Below, piece after piece: positions 57,440-64,000 of a stretch of 64,000 nt of DNA. This stretch comes from a virus: positions 1 to 64,000 of IMG/VR virus record IMGVR_UViG_3300025870_000008; one strand, given 5' to 3'. A program made the position numbers and the translations under genes. Each line of letters starts with the position of its first letter. Position 1 is the stretch's first letter. The notes beneath the pieces are model-generated. The model was given only the letters and a program-made list of their open reading frames with translations. It did no database searches and had not been told where the DNA came from.

Positions 57440-60400
57440 ATGAATTTTAATAATGTAAATATACTAGGAATATCATATCAAAAAATTGATTTCGATTCTA
57501 ATTATGTATTTCAAAAAAAGAAAGCTATTACTTTAAGTGGAAATTTTTTAGATTTAGGAAACGATAGTGGAGTAAAAAATATTATTGAAGCTTATAGCGA
57601 TTTAATCGAAATTGAAAACGCCTTAAATTTAACAGACTCATCCATAACCCATAACCTTCAGGAAATTTTTATTAATAGTGTTTCTTATGGAGAAGGTACT
57701 GTAGAAAGCATTGCTATATCTGGGGAACACATACAAACAGCGGAGTTTCAAGCAAGTTTGATTTTTGTTGAAGAGGGAGATTTAAGTAAAATATTAATAT
57801 CTAAAAATTCTTCTAGTAGTGAAAGTTTTAACTCGTCAGGTTTAACAAACGAGGATTTGAAATATTTAGATTCTTTTGATGAAAATTTTAGTTTTGGAAT
57901 TTCTGGATCTCAACGATCCGTAGGTCATGAAATAAGCTGCTCGTTTAAAAAAAGAAAATCTTTAATACCTTATAGAAAAAACGTATGGAGCAACTCTTCA
58001 ATACAAAACTCTAAGTTAAAAAATTTAAATAATAAAGGCAAGGGTTCCATTAAGGTTTTAAACGGAGAAACCGCTAGTCATCAAATTTTTCTGGAATCTG
58101 GGGATTACATATTGGAGCTAGAATACCTTGGGCAGGATTCAGACGTATGGGGCCAAGCAAGTGTGCAATGCGAAAGTAAGACAGAAAATTTACCAGATAT
58201 ATACTCTCATAGAGAAATACAATTTAATGTAGATGTAGACAAGAATGTAAATATAAATTTAATCGCGAATACTACTAGCGATACTTTTTTTGATAATATT
58301 AAACTATTCAAAAAAAGCGAAATGCCTTTAGAAAAGGCGAGGCAATTTGTAAATTTTATTTTCTCAGAATCTCCAGAATACCCAATAATAAGTGATCAAT
58401 TTGGAGAAAACTATTCAGATGTAAGTTTATACGAAAGGTTAAATTCAGAGGAGTCGTTTGATAGTATAAATAACTCGTACTCTGTTGCTAAAAGCCTGCA
58501 GTATAACGAAACAGACTCTACAAAACAATACTCAAGGAGACTTTCTTCTTCTATTAATTTTGAAGGCAATGGTGTTGCTACTATTAAGGAATCTATAGAA
58601 ATTAAAATCTTAAAAGAGAAAACCGACACAAAATTAAAAAATTTTTTACAGCTAGAATTATCTGGTTCCAGGGCAAGAGGTCAAGCTTTACTCGATGAAT
58701 ACGGGCAGTTAAATGTGGTAACATGCCCAACTCCAACAATCACTGAGTTAATAGAAGGTCTGTTTGGTTTTTCGGAATCTTTGAGCGTACAATACGATTT
58801 TGATTCAGGTTTAGCAAGTGCAGAAATTTCTTATTCTAATAATCAAGAAAATGAAATCTACTCAGGCTCAGCATTTAAGGTTACACAATCTAGGATGATT
58901 GAGTTTAATGGAGGGTTTGAGATTGTTAGGTTGTCTGGTAATATTGTTGGTAAAGGCGACGATATTATAACTAGAAATAACCACGCTAAGAAAGGATTAC
59001 AGTTTATTGTAGAGGGCACCAACTCGACACTGAGAGAGATAGAAGGTAGATATAAATTAGACTATTATTCAACCCCAACGAAAACTTCCACGGAAATACA
59101 AACCAAGTTGTTGGAGACAAATAAAACTCTATCATTTGATGACGTAAGTGGGGTCATATCTTATTCTTACTCTTTTAGTAATGAGAGGGGTGTTGTTGAT
59201 TTACCTGAAGACCAAAAAGACAGAGTAAAAAAATATGAAATTAAAATAAGTCATCAAAATAGAATTAATTTATTTAACGAGTTTTCAATAAATTGCTTGA
59301 GGATAGCTCAGGTTATGGGAGACTTGTTTTCTCCAAAAGTTACAACGGTAGAAATATTAGTAAATGGTAGGGCTGGCACCACGTTACAAATGCTAAAACA
59401 AAGCGCTGTAAGTATATTGGGGCACAAGAATTTGTTGTTTGGAGAAATATCAAAAGGCGTAAAAGATGATGTTATAAATAGTAATGAAAATAAATTTTTA
59501 GTAGACGAAAGTTATTCTTATGACCCGACAGAAAATAGATTAAGTTACAGCAGATCGATATTAGATGTATCAGATTGCCCAACTTCAAACATAGGTGATG
59601 GATACCCGTGGACATACGAAGCAGATTTCGAAGAACCGACGGAGCCAACCAGAACCAGCTTTGAATATCAGCCTATAGAATATAATTTTAAAGAAACTCC
59701 GAGTGAAAGCGGGTTTGTGTTAGATCCAGATGACTACGAAATAGAATATCCAGAACCAACTTTGACGGATTTCTACTCTGAAGAAGTGCCACCGCCTACA
59801 TTTTTAACATCTCCAGCTGTTACTCGAACTAGTTTCCCTGAAACCACGCAAACACCAACAATCAGCGAAAGTCCAGAAGCTAACGATTCAGAAGATAGGT
59901 TGGTTGAAGTTTTTGTGCCAGAAGATTGGAATAAGACTATTAGTGAACTAGTTCCAGGGGGCACAATAATATCAGGAAGAAGATGTTTTGACGAAAGCGG
60001 AGGGCCGAATAATTTAATTCAAAATATTATTTCCACCTCTTATGCTTTTTCAACGGTAGTTAGAGATTGCATAAGAGGTGGAAGTGGTCAACCTTGGTAC
60101 AGTTTTACATTTTCTATACCAAGAGATCAAGGTTTCACTCCGCCGTACAGTGATAACTGTCAGTTTTTTAATGTGACAGTTCCAGATTTTTATGATGAAA
60201 ATTTAAACTGTTTATTAAAGGAGAATGGTGTTTGTATAGGAGATAGTAGTAACTTAATTGGATATCACATCGCTCCTGGAACTTTTATATATAGTGATTT
60301 ATATACTAGTGAAACATTTATTATAGCCGCTCAAACATATAATAATAACCACCCTTATTTTAATAAAGGGGAGGTTGTTAATGGAGAGGTAAGTTTTCAA

Positions 60401-61069
60401 ATATGTAAAGATGATAAAAGTGGAATAGTTAAAACCGAACAGGTTATACAAACAGTTTCGATACCATTTAACTCTGGTAAGACAGTAGTTCAAGAAATTA
60501 TAGATGGAGTACAGGGTTGGCAGGCGGGTAAGTGTTACGAAATGATAGGTTTAAAAGATTGCAGTTCAGGAGTGAGATTTAATTTAAACGACAGAAGGTA
60601 CTATAAGGGAGATGTTTTAGATAGATGCGGAGAGTTATCTTTTAATGATTTAGTTACAGATGTTTATGTTAGAGAATTTTCATGCTCTTCAACAGTGTTA
60701 GATGAAAGTGTAATATATGATTACGAATCTCCAGTTACACCAACGAGCACAGTCACTGAAACAGCTACGGTTACACCAACAGTCACTATAACTACAACAG
60801 CAACCCCAACAGTTACAATAACCACAACGATTACAGAAACAGAAACAATAGATTGTAGTGGTTGCTTTGCTTATTATGATTCTGATTGGGAAGATTATAG
60901 TAATACCAATTGCTTTGATGGAGTTCCAACTTGTTCAGACCCATGTGCGTGTTCAGTTGTGTTAAATGATAATGGTAACCCAGACGGATTTTTTGGGGGT
61001 GGAACAGGGCCTACTTTATCATGTTGTGACGACGAGGTGAGAGGAGATAATGATTGCAACACATGTTAG
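57440..61069 (+). CDS. tail/baseplate protein with Thr-rich and Cys-rich C-terminus
   Basis: follows TMP; beta-rich body; TPTSTVTETATVTPT tract. Confidence 0.65.
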   Translation: MNFNNVNILGISYQKIDFDSNYVFQKKKAITLSGNFLDLGNDSGVKNIIEAYSDLIEIENALNLTDSSITHNLQEIFINSVSYGEGTVESIAISGEHIQTAEFQASLIFVEEGDLSKILISKNSSSSESFNSSGLTNEDLKYLDSFDENFSFGISGSQRSVGHEISCSFKKRKSLIPYRKNVWSNSSIQNSKLKNLNNKGKGSIKVLNGETASHQIFLESGDYILELEYLGQDSDVWGQASVQCESKTENLPDIYSHREIQFNVDVDKNVNINLIANTTSDTFFDNIKLFKKSEMPLEKARQFVNFIFSESPEYPIISDQFGENYSDVSLYERLNSEESFDSINNSYSVAKSLQYNETDSTKQYSRRLSSSINFEGNGVATIKESIEIKILKEKTDTKLKNFLQLELSGSRARGQALLDEYGQLNVVTCPTPTITELIEGLFGFSESLSVQYDFDSGLASAEISYSNNQENEIYSGSAFKVTQSRMIEFNGGFEIVRLSGNIVGKGDDIITRNNHAKKGLQFIVEGTNSTLREIEGRYKLDYYSTPTKTSTEIQTKLLETNKTLSFDDVSGVISYSYSFSNERGVVDLPEDQKDRVKKYEIKISHQNRINLFNEFSINCLRIAQVMGDLFSPKVTTVEILVNGRAGTTLQMLKQSAVSILGHKNLLFGEISKGVKDDVINSNENKFLVDESYSYDPTENRLSYSRSILDVSDCPTSNIGDGYPWTYEADFEEPTEPTRTSFEYQPIEYNFKETPSESGFVLDPDDYEIEYPEPTLTDFYSEEVPPPTFLTSPAVTRTSFPETTQTPTISESPEANDSEDRLVEVFVPEDWNKTISELVPGGTIISGRRCFDESGGPNNLIQNIISTSYAFSTVVRDCIRGGSGQPWYSFTFSIPRDQGFTPPYSDNCQFFNVTVPDFYDENLNCLLKENGVCIGDSSNLIGYHIAPGTFIYSDLYTSETFIIAAQTYNNNHPYFNKGEVVNGEVSFQICKDDKSGIVKTEQVIQTVSIPFNSGKTVVQEIIDGVQGWQAGKCYEMIGLKDCSSGVRFNLNDRRYYKGDVLDRCGELSFNDLVTDVYVREFSCSSTVLDESVIYDYESPVTPTSTVTETATVTPTVTITTTATPTVTITTTITETETIDCSGCFAYYDSDWEDYSNTNCFDGVPTCSDPCACSVVLNDNGNPDGFFGGGTGPTLSCCDDEVRGDNDCNTC

Positions 61070-61078
61070 AATAAAAAA

Positions 61079-62740
61079 ATGAGTGCCGTTAAAATAGAAT
61101 ATAATAATACTGATGTATTTACCCAGCAAAACATTGGCTCCCCTAATGTTTCTAGAAGTACCCAACCTATTATAATGGGAGATATCAAGGGTGTAAAGGA
61201 GGTTGTTGACCTAGAAGGTATTATACATGTAGAGGGGGATATTGCTGGTTGTGATTATTTGGGAGTTTTAAAAGATAAGCAACAGGCAATAATTAATGGG
61301 TTCTCCGAGGATTACAAAAAACTAACAATAAAAGAAGATGGTTTAGATATATTAGAAAGAGATTTTTGCAAAGTATTAAACATTGATTTTCCAGATCAGA
61401 ATTATAATAAAATTTTATATTATAAAATAACTTTAGAGTGCTACGACGAGCTACTTCATAATGAATTTTACGGAATATCATCCCCTGTATACAATACAAC
61501 TATTGTAAAAAACGAAGATGAGACATATTCTATAACTAGAAGTATATCAGCTAAGGGAGAGAACACACAAGACGGAAACGCTGAGGGGAAAAACTCTAAC
61601 TCGTTAAGTAATTCGTTGGATAATGCCATTAGCTTTGTTAATTCAATAAAAATTAAAAATGTAATTATACCAGAAGGTCTAGATGATTCAAATTTAATAT
61701 TGATAGAAAGTTCTGAACAAATTGATAGGTTTAAAAATAATTTTTCAATAAATGAAACGTATATAATAGATTCAAAAAATAGAGCAAATCAAGATGCGAT
61801 ATATAGGTATACAATGTCTAGAAATAAAAGTTTTGGAGGGATATCTAGGGTAGATTTTTCAGGAACAATAAAGTATGGAAAAAATTCGAACATAACAAAT
61901 GTAAGAAATATAATAAATAAACAAGAGGCTTTCGAGAAAATAAAAGAAGCATTTGGCGAGTCAAATTATAATAGCCACCCGAAGGCAATGGTTATAAATG
62001 AAGACCAAAATGAAAGGGCGATTTCTTTTACATTTAATTTTGATAACGATGATTCTTATGACGAATGTGGGGTGGGGGAAATAATAAAAACATCTATAGA
62101 GGAGGGTGAGAATAGTATAGTTACAGTTTCTGTAGAAGGGACAATAACTAAACTTGGACACTCGACTCAAAAATGGGAAGATGTTGAAAGCTATTTCTTG
62201 AATAAAGATTATGATAATTCAAGTTATAGTAGCTGGATACAAGAAATTGCACAAGAAAAAGTTAATAATATTTTTATTGGAATAACATTAGCATCAGAAC
62301 CAGACACAAAAAATATAACAGAAAATAAAAAAGAGGGGGAGATTTCTTTTAACTATGTTTTTACAAATAAAGAAAAAGAAGATTTTAAAAATTTAAAGAA
62401 AAATGTTTCAATAAAAGATAGAGCTCCAAAATATGAAATTGGAATGAATTATGGAGGAACAATGGATGGGTATATAGTTACCAGGTCTGGGTTCCAAAAG
62501 GGGGTTGTTTCAGTGTCATTAGAGGGGGAGTATGTAAAATCGTCAAACAATGAAGAGTTGGATAGGTCTAACGCTCTTAACGCGCTAGGAAGCGAAGCTG
62601 ATTCAATTTTCACAGAGGTAGAGGGTCTGTTTTTTGGGGGACTAAGCGTTATAACAACCGAAAATTCAGAAAGATATAATATACATAATAATGTTACATC
62701 TATATCAATCACCAGAGAATATTTTGATGATATTGTGTAA
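61079..62740 (+). CDS. tail protein
   Basis: beta-rich pattern similar to the preceding ORF; synteny. Confidence 0.6.
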   Translation: MSAVKIEYNNTDVFTQQNIGSPNVSRSTQPIIMGDIKGVKEVVDLEGIIHVEGDIAGCDYLGVLKDKQQAIINGFSEDYKKLTIKEDGLDILERDFCKVLNIDFPDQNYNKILYYKITLECYDELLHNEFYGISSPVYNTTIVKNEDETYSITRSISAKGENTQDGNAEGKNSNSLSNSLDNAISFVNSIKIKNVIIPEGLDDSNLILIESSEQIDRFKNNFSINETYIIDSKNRANQDAIYRYTMSRNKSFGGISRVDFSGTIKYGKNSNITNVRNIINKQEAFEKIKEAFGESNYNSHPKAMVINEDQNERAISFTFNFDNDDSYDECGVGEIIKTSIEEGENSIVTVSVEGTITKLGHSTQKWEDVESYFLNKDYDNSSYSSWIQEIAQEKVNNIFIGITLASEPDTKNITENKKEGEISFNYVFTNKEKEDFKNLKKNVSIKDRAPKYEIGMNYGGTMDGYIVTRSGFQKGVVSVSLEGEYVKSSNNEELDRSNALNALGSEADSIFTEVEGLFFGGLSVITTENSERYNIHNNVTSISITREYFDDIV

Positions 62741-62758
62741 TATTGTATAATATAAAGT

Positions 62759-64000
62759 ATGAGCTGCACTTCAAAATACATAGAACGTTTCTGCACAAAA
62801 TATCTAGGTTTAGGTTTAGATTTTTCTGGTGGATCATCTCCAACTATAGAGGTTACCTTAATAGGTCATCAGAATCCAACAGCAGCACAAATTGCGTATG
62901 ATCTGAAAAAAATACATCTTCCAATTACTAGGGTTACAGATTGGGATATAGCTTCAATTGAGCATAGTAAGTCTTCATCAGGAGCTATAACCAAAGTTAA
63001 ATTAATTGATGCTATTTGGGTTGGTTATAATTCTATTTATGTTTCAGCTGGACAATTTAATGGATATGGAGACCACGGTTATATTTTAGGTAAAGAATTT
63101 TTCAATGTAACTGGGATTGCAATAGGAAAATATGATAACACACAAAGGAGTGTGATGATGGCTGCAAATGATTTAAGAAAACATTATCATAATCTAAACA
63201 GCGGAACATGGTATATTAATGCAGATGGACATATAGTGAAAAGACCAGCAAATATGTCTGTTGATGATTTTATTACAAATCATGCTCCAGGACTACCAAA
63301 CCCTTTTGTTGAATTTGGAGAGTGGAATTATTATAGCAATGAGCTTTTCGGGTTATTCCCAGTGAAAAACAGCTATGGAATAACTGGAATTCATAATGAT
63401 AGCGGAACCGCTTTTGATGTTCTTTCTTCTATAGGGTCTAAATTTGGTAAAATTTTTCATGCTAATAGTATATGGGGAGTTGGTTATGAAGATAATTTTA
63501 GTGACTATGGCAAACTTAGTGTTTTATCATCGGCTGGTATTGCTGTGCCAGATATAGCTGTTCAGTCATCTACAGCTAAAGACTATGCGGCTGGTTATTC
63601 AGCATCATTTATGAATGTAACGAAAGCTCCAGGGAGATATGTTAGAGACCTTAATAAAGCTGATACAACCATCGTTAATAATAATATTAATAATAATTAC
63701 TCAGCTGAGCCTAAAGGTCAATATGAAAATGGCAAGGTAATGTTAGGGAACAAATTAAATCTATCAGGATTTTACGAAGAAGATGCTTTAGCGTGGACTT
63801 TAGTTAAAGATCATCCTATAATGGAAGCATACGGAACAGCAGAATTAATCGCAGCTAATGCAACAAAGATAAAGGGCGATATATCAGATTTATATGGAGG
63901 AATAGGCGCGGGAAGAGTTTGGTATCAAGGGGTGGAGGACGTCATAAGAACTGGAGATTCAATAGCAGCCGCGAAATCACAACTGGATATATCAGATAGT
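62759..64000 (+). CDS. tail-region protein, truncated by window end
   Basis: ATG at 62759 (MSCTSKYIERFCTKYLG...) after GTGTA motif; appears open to the window end. Confidence 0.65.
   Translation, partial: MSCTSKYIERFCTKYLGLGLDFSGGSSPTIEVTLIGHQNPTAAQIAYDLKKIHLPITRVTDWDIASIEHSKSSSGAITKVKLIDAIWVGYNSIYVSAGQFNGYGDHGYILGKEFFNVTGIAIGKYDNTQRSVMMAANDLRKHYHNLNSGTWYINADGHIVKRPANMSVDDFITNHAPGLPNPFVEFGEWNYYSNELFGLFPVKNSYGITGIHNDSGTAFDVLSSIGSKFGKIFHANSIWGVGYEDNFSDYGKLSVLSSAGIAVPDIAVQSSTAKDYAAGYSASFMNVTKAPGRYVRDLNKADTTIVNNNINNNYSAEPKGQYENGKVMLGNKLNLSGFYEEDALAWTLVKDHPIMEAYGTAELIAANATKIKGDISDLYGGIGAGRVWYQGVEDVIRTGDSIAAAKSQLDISDS

Noticed and set aside
1-64000. tRNA/rRNA genes, integrase, alternative genetic code
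   Set aside because: No cloverleaf or rRNA-like sequence was recognised and no recombinase motifs were seen. Long genes read intact in the standard code and all three stop codons are used.

Overview
This window is an AT-rich segment of a large tailed dsDNA phage genome; the host cannot be determined from the sequence. Bases 1-22.5 kb are an early/accessory region: rIIA/rIIB, DUF932, ParB-like, GP88-like, a TlpA thioredoxin and about 50 small ORFs, most driven by sigma70-type promoters that appear to give leaderless mRNAs. Bases 22.6-64 kb are a co-oriented late region: PhoH, subtilisin, sigma factor, ERCC4 nuclease, terminase, portal, protease/scaffold, capsid, neck, tail tube, chaperones, a 2798-aa tape measure protein and tail proteins, with gmd and a sulfotransferase inserted among them. 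The strongest unexplained signal is a ~72-bp double-palindrome module (25-bp palindrome, 21-23-bp GC-rich spacer containing GCNGC, second inverted 25-bp palindrome). It occurs 11 times between 10.5 and 21.7 kb, always at transcription-unit junctions, and sits a fixed 28-29 nt upstream of eight non-consensus -35 boxes. Other candidates are a tape measure protein divided by eight GxxPN(F/Y)-type motifs into modules (two with nuclease-like motifs), a possible virion glycosylation/sulfation set with mucin-like Thr stalks, and a structured ncRNA at ~9.3-9.7 kb. All protein calls come from motif recognition by eye; no database searches were run.
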